From assembly GCA_025963725.1 (NCBI GenBank), contig JAOQAE010000004.1:243616-307615 (forward strand): 64,000 bases of DNA, in the 5' to 3' direction. Positions 10,560 to 20,430 of the stretch are shown here, in pieces. Under the pieces are notes generated by a model. It saw nothing but the letters and a program-made list of their open reading frames with translations, ran no database searches and was not told where the DNA came from. The stretch comes from Bacteroidota bacterium. Lineage in GTDB: Bacteria > Bacteroidota > Bacteroidia > 2-12-FULL-35-15. The stretch's first letter is position 1. Each line of letters starts with the position of its first letter. Position numbers and translations under genes: made by a program.

Positions 10560-12914
10560 ATGAAAAGGATCAGGATCAATAAGCCGCTGTTAAAAGGGAT
10601 TTCAAGGGATGTTGCATTCATCGGCTTTTGCCTGTTCATCACCTGGTACCTGCGCTGCATCCCGGAAAAGCTGTTCAACGATCCAACCTCCACCGTTCTG
10701 CTCGACAGGAACGGCGTATTGCTTGGGGCGAAGATCGCCGGCGACGGGCAATGGCGGTTCAGCCCGGCCGGCAGCATCCCTTCCAAATTTGAAAAATGCA
10801 TCATCGAGTTCGAGGACCGCAATTTTTACGGGCATTACGGGATCAGCATCAACGGGATCGGCAGGGCGGTGGTGCAGAATGTAAAGCACAAGCGGGTAGT
10901 GAGCGGCGGAAGCACCATTACCATGCAGCTGGCGCGGATCATGAGGAAGAACCCGCCGCGCACGGTCCCGGAAAAAGTGATCGAGATGCTGATGGCGACA
11001 AGGCTGGAGATGCGATTCAGCAAGAAAGACATCCTGAACTATTATGCTTCAAACGCACCTTTCGGGAACAACGTGGTAGGGCTGGAAGCCGCTTCATGGC
11101 GGTATTACGGGCGGCCTCCGGAAACGCTCAGCTGGGCTGAAAGCGCTACGCTGGCGGTGTTGCCAAATGCGCCCGGACTTATTTATCCTGGCAAAAACCA
11201 TCAGCGGCTGCTCGAAAAGCGGAACCGCTTGTTGAAGCGTTTGTATGAGATGCTTGCAATTGATGAAACTACCTATCAGCTGGCGCTTTCAGAACCGTTG
11301 CCCGACAAGCCTTTACGCCTCCCGCAGTCGGCGCCGCACCTGCTTGCAAAGTTCATGAAGGAAGGCGGCCGGGGAAAAACGATCAGCAGCACGATCGATC
11401 AATCGCTGCAGGCAAAGGCGATGCAGCAATTACAGGCGCACAGTGAATTGCTGCAGGAGAACAAGATCTACAACGGCGCCATCATGATCACTTCTGTAAA
11501 GACAGGTGAGGTGCTTGCATACGTGGGTAATACGCAGGCAACCGATGCGGAGCACAGCGGCGATGTGGACTGCATTGTTGCCCCGCGAAGCACGGGAAGC
11601 ATCCTGAAGCCGCTGCTGTATGCCAAAAGCCTCGAGGACGGACTGATCACACCAGCAATGCTGCTGCCCGATGTGCCGACACAGTTCGGGAGCTTTTCCC
11701 CAAAGAACTTTTCACTGCAGTTCGATGGGGCAGTGTCCGCAAATGAAGCATTGTCGAGAAGCCTGAACATCCCGATGGTTCGACTGCTCAATGATTACGG
11801 CCTGGAAAAATTTTACCGCGACCTGAAAAATTACGGGATGACAACGCTTGCGAAGCCTGCACAGCATTACGGCTTATCGCTGATCCTCGGCGGCGCGGAG
11901 GCAAAGCTCTACGATCTCAACCGCGTGTATACGCAAATGGCGCAGGAGCTGCAAAACGGGAAGGCATTGCCATTACGGTTTCAGCCGAAGGAAGCGCCGG
12001 CCAAAAAAGAGAAGGGGAGATGGGCAACGAAAACGAACAAGGCTGCAATCTTCAGCACCTTTGAAGCAATGGTGGAAGTGAACCGGCCTGATGACGACGG
12101 CAACTGGAAAGCTTTTGCCTCCGCGCAGAAGATCGCCTGGAAAACAGGCACCAGCTTCGGGTTCCGCGATGCATGGGCCATTGGCATCACGCCTGATTAC
12201 GTGGTTTCTGTTTGGGTGGGCAATGCCGACGGTGAAGGAAGGCCGGGATTAACGGGGATCAAAGCTGCGGCGCCGCTGCTGTTCGATGTGTTTGCGCAGC
12301 TTCCGCGCTCAGCGGCATGGTTCAGGGCGCCGCGGGAAGAGCAATGCAAAGTAATGATCTGCAAAGAGAGCGGGCAGCGCGCTTCCGATCTTTGCGAACA
12401 CAAGGTTTCGGTATGGATGCCGAAGACCTGCCTGAACACAACCGCCTGTCCGTATCATGTGATGGTGCATTTAACGAAGGATGGCAAGCAGCGTGTGGAC
12501 AGCGATTGCGAATCGGTGTACAACATGAAGAATACCGCATGGTTTGTGCTGCCCCCGCTGATCGAGCGCTATTACAAGTTCAATCATCCCAATTACCGCA
12601 TCCTTCCCGATTTTAAAGCGGAATGCCTGGCAAAGATCTCCGACAGGGCCATCGCGGTATTGTACCCGAAGCCCAACAGCAGGATCTATGTGCCCGTGGA
12701 GATCGATGGAAAAATGGGAAGGACGGTTTTTGAAGCGACACACCGGAACATCAATACAAAAATCTATTGGCACCTCGATGATGAATACCTTGGTGAAACA
12801 AAAGAAATCCACCAGCTTTCGCTGAACCCCTCGCCGGGTAAGCACAAGCTGATGCTCATTGATGAGAATGGCATTGCCGTGTCAGTGAAGTTTGAAGTGA
12901 TGGGGAAGGAGTGA
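10560..12914 (+). CDS. pbpC: Penicillin-binding protein 1C (bifunctional transglycosylase/transpeptidase)
   Basis: N-terminal TM anchor; GT51 motif EDRNFYGHYGISINGIGRA; transpeptidase SxxK (STGSILK), SxN (SLN) and KTG (WKTGTS) motifs. 784 aa with a C-terminal PBP1C-type extension. Confidence 0.85.
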   Translation: MKRIRINKPLLKGISRDVAFIGFCLFITWYLRCIPEKLFNDPTSTVLLDRNGVLLGAKIAGDGQWRFSPAGSIPSKFEKCIIEFEDRNFYGHYGISINGIGRAVVQNVKHKRVVSGGSTITMQLARIMRKNPPRTVPEKVIEMLMATRLEMRFSKKDILNYYASNAPFGNNVVGLEAASWRYYGRPPETLSWAESATLAVLPNAPGLIYPGKNHQRLLEKRNRLLKRLYEMLAIDETTYQLALSEPLPDKPLRLPQSAPHLLAKFMKEGGRGKTISSTIDQSLQAKAMQQLQAHSELLQENKIYNGAIMITSVKTGEVLAYVGNTQATDAEHSGDVDCIVAPRSTGSILKPLLYAKSLEDGLITPAMLLPDVPTQFGSFSPKNFSLQFDGAVSANEALSRSLNIPMVRLLNDYGLEKFYRDLKNYGMTTLAKPAQHYGLSLILGGAEAKLYDLNRVYTQMAQELQNGKALPLRFQPKEAPAKKEKGRWATKTNKAAIFSTFEAMVEVNRPDDDGNWKAFASAQKIAWKTGTSFGFRDAWAIGITPDYVVSVWVGNADGEGRPGLTGIKAAAPLLFDVFAQLPRSAAWFRAPREEQCKVMICKESGQRASDLCEHKVSVWMPKTCLNTTACPYHVMVHLTKDGKQRVDSDCESVYNMKNTAWFVLPPLIERYYKFNHPNYRILPDFKAECLAKISDRAIAVLYPKPNSRIYVPVEIDGKMGRTVFEATHRNINTKIYWHLDDEYLGETKEIHQLSLNPSPGKHKLMLIDENGIAVSVKFEVMGKE

Positions 12915-13078
12915 GCATGAGCTCAATCCCTTTTCTAACGTCATTCCGGGCCTGACCCGGAATCTCTACGCAGTTATGAGGCGTGCAGACTCCCCTCACA
13001 TGATGATTATAGAGAGATGCCGTGTCGCAGCACGGCATGACTTAACAAGTAGAGTCCAATTTAACGGACAGCTTAATC

Positions 13079-15043
13079 TTACGCCTTCTCCAATATCAAT
13101 ACCACTTTATTAAAATCCGCAGATGCATTGATCACCGCCCTGAACTGGTCGTAATTTTCCTTCGGGTAAACAATTGCTTCGTAGTCCTCGTAGATCTTGA
13201 TCTTCAATACATCGCCTTCGATCGTATAGCTGGAAACGAAGCTGGAAAGCACTTTTCCGCCAACTGTATATTCTTTCCTGATGTTGATGTCGTCCGGGTT
13301 CTTGATCTTATAGCCCTGCGGGATCTTGATCTCGATGTTCCTTCCGAAGCTGTGTGTGTAGGTGATCTCGCCGTCCGACTGGCGCGCTTTGTCCTGGTAC
13401 AATTCTTCCTGCGGCCCGATGAGGGCGCCAACCTTGAAGAGGTATTTGTTGCCTGCATTCTCGATCAGCTGTGGTGTTTCAACTACGCTTTCAACAACGA
13501 AAGGCTTGTTGAGAATATCGTTCTTTTCAGTCCCGGAGATCTTGTTCGATTTCACGATCGTTTCTTTCCCGATGAACTTTGAAAGATTATCCATGAGCTC
13601 GGTCTTCTGCGCAGCTTCCATGTAAAACACGGCAGGCTGGATGTAATAGGCCGGGTAGCCCATGTATTCCTGCTTGATGTTGATCGTAGGCGTAAAGGTC
13701 TCTGAATTGAACACAACAGATTCCGTAAGGTTGTTGTACGAGTTGGTATACACCGGCGCTTCAATGGTCTTGATCTTGGAGATCCCCGTTTTAATATCGC
13801 CCAGCTCTGTTTCCTTGATGAACAGGCCCTTGTTATTGGTCAGCTCGGGAGGCGGAAAGCCGAGGCGGCTCGAATAATTGGAGCAGGAAAGGTATTTATC
13901 GATGGCGGGGTAATACACTAAATATTCGCGCAGGTTGTTCCAGGAAGGGAAGCTGCTGTCGAACTTGCGGTTGGTGCGGTCGGTGGTAAGCACCACTTCC
14001 ACAGGCATTCCCAGTGCTTTTGCAACTCCCACATAAAGGCGCTGCATTGCAAAATCATCGCCGTATTTCACATCCAGCATTTTATCGATAGGCACATTTT
14101 CGCCCGTCATGTTGATGTTGGTTTTCATAAACACTTCCAGTGCGCGGATCTTGTCCTCATCTGTTTTCATGCTGTTCAGTCCGAGCTTGGAGATCAGCTT
14201 GTCCATCGCCTTGAGCTCGCCTTTCTGGTAATTGAAGATCGCGGCATACAGGTCGGTGCCGCAGTATTCCCAAGAGTACAGGCGGGCCTTTCCTTTTGCT
14301 GTGTTATAGGTCAGCTGGAAATCGAAGCGCATTTTATTGGCATCATAGGTGGAATATTTCTCTTCTGTCATTCCATCGATGAAAGGGATAGAGGCGTAGA
14401 TGTGGTTCTTCCCGGTAATGCTTGTGTCCTTTGTAAATTGCGGGAAACCGTTATATCCTTTGCCTTCGTAAACAAGATTTTCGGGTGAGTAAATATCAAC
14501 GCTCACATCCTTGTGGATGATCTCGTTCTGAAGTGTCCACGAGGAGTTGGTGTTAGCCGTTTTTTTATTGGTGTACATGTATTCGATCTCGCTGCCCTTG
14601 TCAATGCCTTCCATTGCGAAGATCAGGAAGGAGCCGGCGTTCTCGATGTTGTCCACTTTCTTTACGGAGCTTTTGCTCAAAGGAATGATCTTACCTTCCG
14701 AGGTGATCGTCCTTCCTTTGAGGTCCATCTCCTCGAGGATGTTGGTATAGGAAACGTAGATCTTGTTCATTTCCTCGATCCCTTTTTCATTGTTGAAATG
14801 GATGATGGTGTGGCGGGTTGAATATTCCACCAGCTGCCCGGATGATTCATACGCGAACTCGATGAGGATCTTGTCTTTCAGGATCACATAATTGCCTTCC
14901 TTTTCCTTGTCGGTAAGCTGGTGCAGCTTCGGGTTCGGGTCCCAGGTTGCTTTTTTATATGCAAAGTCGGTAGTTACCTGTGCCTGCGTTGCCGCTGCAC
15001 AAATGAGTCCTGCAATTACTGTTAGTTTCGTTCTTAAACGCAT
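13079..15043 (-). CDS. DUF3857 / transglutaminase-like domain protein (secreted; Cys apparently absent, so probably inactive)
   Basis: Signal peptide; paired 3 bp downstream of the 646-aa paralog. Contains a transglutaminase-like helix AKALGMPVEVV with no catalytic Cys upstream. Confidence 0.45.
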   Translation of the reverse strand: MRLRTKLTVIAGLICAAATQAQVTTDFAYKKATWDPNPKLHQLTDKEKEGNYVILKDKILIEFAYESSGQLVEYSTRHTIIHFNNEKGIEEMNKIYVSYTNILEEMDLKGRTITSEGKIIPLSKSSVKKVDNIENAGSFLIFAMEGIDKGSEIEYMYTNKKTANTNSSWTLQNEIIHKDVSVDIYSPENLVYEGKGYNGFPQFTKDTSITGKNHIYASIPFIDGMTEEKYSTYDANKMRFDFQLTYNTAKGKARLYSWEYCGTDLYAAIFNYQKGELKAMDKLISKLGLNSMKTDEDKIRALEVFMKTNINMTGENVPIDKMLDVKYGDDFAMQRLYVGVAKALGMPVEVVLTTDRTNRKFDSSFPSWNNLREYLVYYPAIDKYLSCSNYSSRLGFPPPELTNNKGLFIKETELGDIKTGISKIKTIEAPVYTNSYNNLTESVVFNSETFTPTINIKQEYMGYPAYYIQPAVFYMEAAQKTELMDNLSKFIGKETIVKSNKISGTEKNDILNKPFVVESVVETPQLIENAGNKYLFKVGALIGPQEELYQDKARQSDGEITYTHSFGRNIEIKIPQGYKIKNPDDINIRKEYTVGGKVLSSFVSSYTIEGDVLKIKIYEDYEAIVYPKENYDQFRAVINASADFNKVVLILEKA

Positions 15044-15045
15044 GG

Positions 15046-16986
15046 TTATGATTTTATTAATGATACGGCCTGTTTGTTTGCTTTGATCTGCTCGGTGAGC
15101 ACCTTGTTGTACTTCGCAAAATCCGATACCTGCAGGATCAGCGTGTTGATATAAAAATCGCTTATGTGAATGATCTTGTTGCCTTTTAAAATGTAGGAGC
15201 TCGTGAAGCCTGCCACATTGTTGCCGAAGCTTACGCTCTGCGGAATGAACTCGGCCTTGTATCCTGCTGGAATGTTCAGCGTTGTAACGAGGCGCTTCTT
15301 TGTATTGTGCTTGAAGTTCAAAGGCACCTTCCGTGTTTCCGGCACCTGTTCAAGGTCCCAGCCGCCGTCCATGTTCAGGTTGATGTACATTTCATCCTGG
15401 TTTTTCCGCGCATAATCAGGCAGGGTGAAATTGTAGGTGATCTGCACGGGAGCTTCACGGTTCGAGCTGGTTGCTTCCGCAATATCAGTAAAGCTCACCT
15501 TGTTGTTTCCCTTCGAGAAATAGCTTTTGAAAAAGTCGAGGCGCTCTTCCTTATTCAGGGTTTCCACGTTGTACACATAATCGAGCTGGTCATAGCCTGT
15601 CAGCTTTACTTTTCCCTTGCCCACCACAACGTTGTCCTTAATATCGATGGTGATCGAGTCGATCGTCTGGCTTACGCTTGTATCTTTTATTGGAACAGTT
15701 ACCAGCTTAAAGCTGTCGGGCGTAATGCTGATGAGCGCTTCTTTGCCCTGTATGAAGGAAGTGTAAAGCTCCTGCGGTGCGTGCTTGCCGGTGCCGTCGA
15801 GGAAATTCCAGTTCCCCTGCTCATCGAGGTAAGAGGTGATCATGTGATTGTCTACCGCAGGTGTAGGAACATCGCTGTACCTGTATGGGATGTCGCGCGA
15901 GCCGATCCATGTAAGATATGCCTTAACGCCTGCCATGCGGAGCATCTCGTGAATGATGCTGGCCATGTCCTTGCAGTCGCCGAACTTCCGCGTGCAAACA
16001 AGGCCTGCATCACGCGGCACGAAACCGCCAAGGCCGTCTTCAAATGCTACGTAAGAAATATTGTCCTGCACCCAGTAGAACACCCGCTTCACTTTTTCAA
16101 GCTCGGTGGTGGCGCCGGCGACAAGGCTGTCGGTGATATGCTTCAGCCTGCTGTCTTCCGTTTTATTGATGTTCTTCTGCAGGTCGGTGTACCAGGTGTA
16201 CAGCTCTTTCGGCGTTCCGAGCAGGGGCTTTACTTTTCCGTCGACCATGTAATCGGTTACGTAAAAGATCATGTGCGGCTCGAAATACCTGAAATTGGGC
16301 GCATCGGAGTACATGGTGCCTGTCGACACATTTTTCATTTTCCAGCGGTAAACTGTTTCGCCTTTTTTGTCCTCCTTGGTGAACACAATATTGGACGAAT
16401 CGCAATTGAACAGCTTGTAGGCGATGTTGATGTTCTTCTGAACGGAGATCACCAGCTCGCTTTCCATGCAGGGCGCATAATCGATCCAGTAATAGCTTCC
16501 CATGAAGCGGGGCTCGATGTATTTATGCTGGTAGGAAAGGTCGAGCACAGCGCCGGGCTGCACCGAAGGAAATACAATATTATAGGAGCGCTGGTCGTCG
16601 TAAAAGGAATTCCGTCCCGGGTTATCCTTCAGCTCGATGTTCTGCACTTCCTTCTTCTCGTATTTCTTGCCTTTCGGCACCAGCGTATATCCTTTTACAT
16701 TGGCTGCTTCCACGAACTTGCTTGTGGACACGGAGCGGGTCTGGTATCCCAATCCCGATTCCTTGTTGATCAGGATCTGCTCATGCACGGTGGAAACCCC
16801 GAACAGGTTGCCATTCTCCACGTAAATTTTGTATTCATGCTGCTTACTGAGGTATACTGCGCTTGCATCCGGGTAGGCCGCGCGCGCCTGGTCAACCGCA
16901 GGCTGCTGCGCAAAGGATGCCGCTGCGGCAAACATTGCAAGAAGAATGGAAGCGGGCTTCCTGTAATCCGTTTTATTGTTTTTCAT
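15046..16986 (-). CDS. DUF3857 + transglutaminase-like cysteine protease-fold protein (secreted)
   Basis: Signal peptide; FGDCKDMASIIHEMLRMAGVKAYL matches the transglutaminase-like core (Cys followed by an R..G[IV].A. helix). Confidence 0.5.
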   Translation of the reverse strand: MKNNKTDYRKPASILLAMFAAAASFAQQPAVDQARAAYPDASAVYLSKQHEYKIYVENGNLFGVSTVHEQILINKESGLGYQTRSVSTSKFVEAANVKGYTLVPKGKKYEKKEVQNIELKDNPGRNSFYDDQRSYNIVFPSVQPGAVLDLSYQHKYIEPRFMGSYYWIDYAPCMESELVISVQKNINIAYKLFNCDSSNIVFTKEDKKGETVYRWKMKNVSTGTMYSDAPNFRYFEPHMIFYVTDYMVDGKVKPLLGTPKELYTWYTDLQKNINKTEDSRLKHITDSLVAGATTELEKVKRVFYWVQDNISYVAFEDGLGGFVPRDAGLVCTRKFGDCKDMASIIHEMLRMAGVKAYLTWIGSRDIPYRYSDVPTPAVDNHMITSYLDEQGNWNFLDGTGKHAPQELYTSFIQGKEALISITPDSFKLVTVPIKDTSVSQTIDSITIDIKDNVVVGKGKVKLTGYDQLDYVYNVETLNKEERLDFFKSYFSKGNNKVSFTDIAEATSSNREAPVQITYNFTLPDYARKNQDEMYINLNMDGGWDLEQVPETRKVPLNFKHNTKKRLVTTLNIPAGYKAEFIPQSVSFGNNVAGFTSSYILKGNKIIHISDFYINTLILQVSDFAKYNKVLTEQIKANKQAVSLIKS

Positions 16987-19900
16987 CGATCAGCTCATCA
17001 TTATAATATACATACGTTTTTGTGAGCTTGCCGGTTGCATCATAATATTTGAAAGTTCCGTGCTGCTTGCCTTCCACGTAATACTCCTCGCTTTTCACTT
17101 TTCCGTTCTCGTAGTAATAGGTGCATTTTCCGTTCTTGTCGTCGGCATTGTAATTCTCTTCCGCCTTCAGCTTGCCGGATGCATAATAATACTTGCAGGT
17201 TCCTGTGAGCTCGTTCGCAACATAATTTTCATCCTCCTGCACTTTGCCGTTTGCAAAATACATGGTGCGCTTGCCTTCGAGGTCGCCGTTCTTGAGTGAA
17301 TACTCGAGGGCGGGCGTTCCTGTTTTGTAGTAGGTCTTAATGTTGCCTGTTTCATTCTTCACTGCGATAGGCGGCACCATTGCGCCGGTCTTGTCCATGT
17401 AGCTGTACGAAAGAAGGTATCCGCCTTTGTAGTAGCGCTCGATGGCCAGCTCGCCGGTTTCGGTGTAAATGGTCGCTTTTCCGTTGATGTCGTTGTTCTT
17501 GTAATCGTACTCGCGCTCCAGCTGTTTGTTCGGATAGTAGAAGAAGGTTTTTCCATCCTGGCGTCCGTAAGCATAATTGTTCTCACGAAGCACATTGCCG
17601 TCCTCATAATATTGAATATGCTTGCCGTGCTTGTCGCCATCGAGGTACATTCTCGACCATTCCGTTTTTCCGTCAGGATAGAAGAATTTGATCTCGCCTT
17701 CAGCCTGGTCGTTCACAAAATTCTTTGTGCTCAAGGGCTTTCCGTCAGGATAGAATGCATTGGAAGCTCCCTGCAGCATGTTGTCCTTGTAGGTGGATTT
17801 CAATTTTGTTTTGCCATTTTTATATTTTGTTTCCAGATCACCGGAACCTTTGTTGAACACGATCTCCTGCGCAACTTTGCCTGTGGTATCATAGAACACG
17901 CGCTTCTTCACATAGCCGAGCTCGTAAAACTCATCGTAATCAGGCTTGCCATTGATGGCAAAGTATTCCTGCCAGCCATCCTGCTTGCCATCGATGTAGA
18001 AATTCACAGCTTCCACCTTCCCGTTGATATAATAGGTTTTCCATACATCGATCTCTTTATCCATGATGTAAGCGCCTTCCATGCGAAGCTTGCCGTTCTT
18101 GAAGTATTCGCGGTAGTAGCCGTTTGTTTCGCCTTCGGAATAATCGGTCTCCGCTTTTATTTTTCCGTTCTCATGGTAAGTAACCGATTTGCCGTCTTTC
18201 TTTCCGCTTGCATAATTATCCTCGGAGGTGATAAAGCCGTTCATGTTGTAATCTTTCCACACGCCGGTAAGCTTTCCGCCCTGCACGCGGCCTTCACGCT
18301 TCTTGTTCGCATTTGAATAATACAGCTGCGCGTCGTAATTGTTCTTGCCGTCTTTCTTGTTCTGGTAAACGATCTTGCCTGTAGGGTCATAAGCTTTGTA
18401 TTCCTGGAGAATGTCGTTCTTGTAAATGTATTCTTCGATCAGCTTTCCGGCATCATCATAATATTTTGAAGAGCCATCCCATTTTCCATCGGAAAAGCTT
18501 TCTTCCGATTGTACGTTGCCGTTGTCGTAGAACTCTTTCCAGATACCGTCCTTACTGCCGTCCTTCTTGTAAATGCCGGTCTCGTCGAGCTTGCCGTTCC
18601 TGTAATAGCTTTTGAATTCGCCCACAGCAATTCCTTTTTCATAGGTTGCTTCCGATTTCAGGGCTTTTTCAGGATAGTTATAATAGCTTTCGTATTTGCC
18701 GCTGCGGTTGTTCTCCTTGAAGTTGGATTTATCCATGATGTGGCCATTGTTGTAATACTGGATAAAAGGCCCTTCGTATTTTCCATTGGTCATGGTGATC
18801 TCATACTTCAGCTTGCCATCCTTGTAATAGCTGCTCTCTTTGCCTTCCTGCTTGCCTGCCTTGTATTCGTAGGTGGTTTCTTTTCCGCCTGTGGAGTAGT
18901 ATACCGACTGCAGTCCATCCAGCTGTCCGTTCACATATTTTTTCTGTGTTTCAATGCTTCCATTAGTGAAATAACCTTCAACAATCCCTTCCACTTCGCC
19001 GTTCTTGTAATTCTCAAGGTCTTTGATAAGCCCGGAAGGATAATAGAACTTCCATACGCCCTCGCGCTTGCTGCTCTCGTTGAATGCGCCCTCGGAACGG
19101 AGGATGCCGTTGGAATAATAAAAGTTCCAGTAGCCTACATTATTCCCGGATGAGTTCTGATTTCCTACTGCAAGGATCTTGCTGTCGGAATACCAGTGGC
19201 GTGCCTTCACCATTTTTCCGCCCAGCATTGTTTCGTAGGTTGAAAAATTATCTCCCAGATAAGCGATGAACCATTTGGAGAATTCCTGCGAATCATCCTT
19301 GTGCTTTTTCATCCAGGAATCAACCTTATCGTTGCCCATGCCTGCGAGGATGTTGTACGCGAATGGCTCGAAATAGCCTTTTTTATTAACCTGTTCGAAG
19401 ATCGGCGCATAGAATTCCATGTAAAATCCTTTATCGCTTTTGTCGGGATGGATCTTTTCAAAGATCAGCTGCAGCTGTTTGGTGATATTGAATGTTACAT
19501 CCAGCTTCGACTTGTATTTGTCGCTCAGCGCCACTTTGGAGCGGAGCAGCGCTTCCATCTCGGAGAAATCGTCCTGCTCGCTCAGGCCTTCTACCTTCAC
19601 CACATCCTTGAACTCGTATTCGTTCTTTGCCATTTTTTCGAGCTCGCCTACAATTGCCCTTGCCCTTTCGGAAGAGTTGTCAACGAGCAGGTAAAACTGC
19701 CATGCAAGCATTGCCGGGATCAGCTTGCCCTGCTTCAGCGCAAGGTTGGCCATCTGGTGATGGCTTGCCGCATGGTATGGATTGCATTTGATGGATTGGA
19801 TGAACAGGTCGTTCGCCTCCTTGTATTTTTCCTGGCGGTATTTTAAAACACCAAGCTCGTAATAAAATGAATTGTTCAATGGGTATTTCTGGATGCCTTC

Positions 19901-20263
19901 CTGGTACAGCTTGATCGCTTCATCGCTGCGCTTCATGTTGTCGAGGGCATTGGCCTTGTACAGCAGAATGGTTGGCGCAAAGGAGGAAGGCAGGATGGAT
20001 GCCGCATCGCAAACCTGTATTGCGAGTGAATCCTGTCCGTTCGCAATGTATGTATTGGTAAGCTCGAGGCAGGCGAGCACGAAGTTGGTGTCGTTCTTAT
20101 TCACCTTTTTGAACTCATTGATCGCTTCGAGGTATTTTTCGCTGTCGTGCAGCTCAACGCCTTTTTGTATGATCTTTTTTGAATCGACCTCAGGCTTGTT
20201 CTGAGCGAACGAAAATGATAATGCAGAGCATAAGATGCCCGTGTAAAGAATGGCTTTGTTCAT
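16973..20263 (-). CDS. Large secreted TPR-repeat + MORN/YwqK-repeat protein (1096 aa)
   Basis: Signal peptide, N-terminal TPR block, then more than 20 ~23-aa repeats of the form G.W..YY.NGK...E..Y..GK.DG (MORN-variant/YwqK-like). Confidence 0.65.
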   Translation of the reverse strand: MNKAILYTGILCSALSFSFAQNKPEVDSKKIIQKGVELHDSEKYLEAINEFKKVNKNDTNFVLACLELTNTYIANGQDSLAIQVCDAASILPSSFAPTILLYKANALDNMKRSDEAIKLYQEGIQKYPLNNSFYYELGVLKYRQEKYKEANDLFIQSIKCNPYHAASHHQMANLALKQGKLIPAMLAWQFYLLVDNSSERARAIVGELEKMAKNEYEFKDVVKVEGLSEQDDFSEMEALLRSKVALSDKYKSKLDVTFNITKQLQLIFEKIHPDKSDKGFYMEFYAPIFEQVNKKGYFEPFAYNILAGMGNDKVDSWMKKHKDDSQEFSKWFIAYLGDNFSTYETMLGGKMVKARHWYSDSKILAVGNQNSSGNNVGYWNFYYSNGILRSEGAFNESSKREGVWKFYYPSGLIKDLENYKNGEVEGIVEGYFTNGSIETQKKYVNGQLDGLQSVYYSTGGKETTYEYKAGKQEGKESSYYKDGKLKYEITMTNGKYEGPFIQYYNNGHIMDKSNFKENNRSGKYESYYNYPEKALKSEATYEKGIAVGEFKSYYRNGKLDETGIYKKDGSKDGIWKEFYDNGNVQSEESFSDGKWDGSSKYYDDAGKLIEEYIYKNDILQEYKAYDPTGKIVYQNKKDGKNNYDAQLYYSNANKKREGRVQGGKLTGVWKDYNMNGFITSEDNYASGKKDGKSVTYHENGKIKAETDYSEGETNGYYREYFKNGKLRMEGAYIMDKEIDVWKTYYINGKVEAVNFYIDGKQDGWQEYFAINGKPDYDEFYELGYVKKRVFYDTTGKVAQEIVFNKGSGDLETKYKNGKTKLKSTYKDNMLQGASNAFYPDGKPLSTKNFVNDQAEGEIKFFYPDGKTEWSRMYLDGDKHGKHIQYYEDGNVLRENNYAYGRQDGKTFFYYPNKQLEREYDYKNNDINGKATIYTETGELAIERYYKGGYLLSYSYMDKTGAMVPPIAVKNETGNIKTYYKTGTPALEYSLKNGDLEGKRTMYFANGKVQEDENYVANELTGTCKYYYASGKLKAEENYNADDKNGKCTYYYENGKVKSEEYYVEGKQHGTFKYYDATGKLTKTYVYYNDELIDEKQ

Positions 20264-20430
20264 GTGAAGAAATGTTTAGAATTTGAAGATAGTGAAAAAA
20301 TCAAAATGGGGAGTTTTTTCCTCTTTTTTTATGGGCTGAACGGTCGGTTTATCTATCCTGCGGTTAGCGGGAATCAAAGAATGCTTTTGAAGGGATTCCC
20401 TTCAAAAGCATTGCCCGCTTGCCCAACAGC

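Noticed and set aside
13017-13038. Inverted repeat ATGCCGTG-TCGCAG-CACGGCAT between convergent pbpC and the DUF3857 gene
   Set aside because: Perfect 8-bp stem but no T-tract on either strand, so it is not a confident intrinsic terminator. Possibly a protein-binding palindrome; left uncalled.
15307-17025. 572-aa plus-strand ORF; likewise 22039-23127 (+, 362 aa), 37653-38645 (+, 330 aa), 41369-42163 (+, 264 aa), 2215-3213 (-, 332 aa), 4315-4833 (-) and others
   Set aside because: All lie entirely antisense to long, well-supported genes (transglutaminase-like, M16 peptidase, hybrid kinase, OYE, alpha-2-macroglobulin). Their translations are low-complexity and His/Arg/Val-rich, typical of shadow ORFs, with no independent start or upstream signals.
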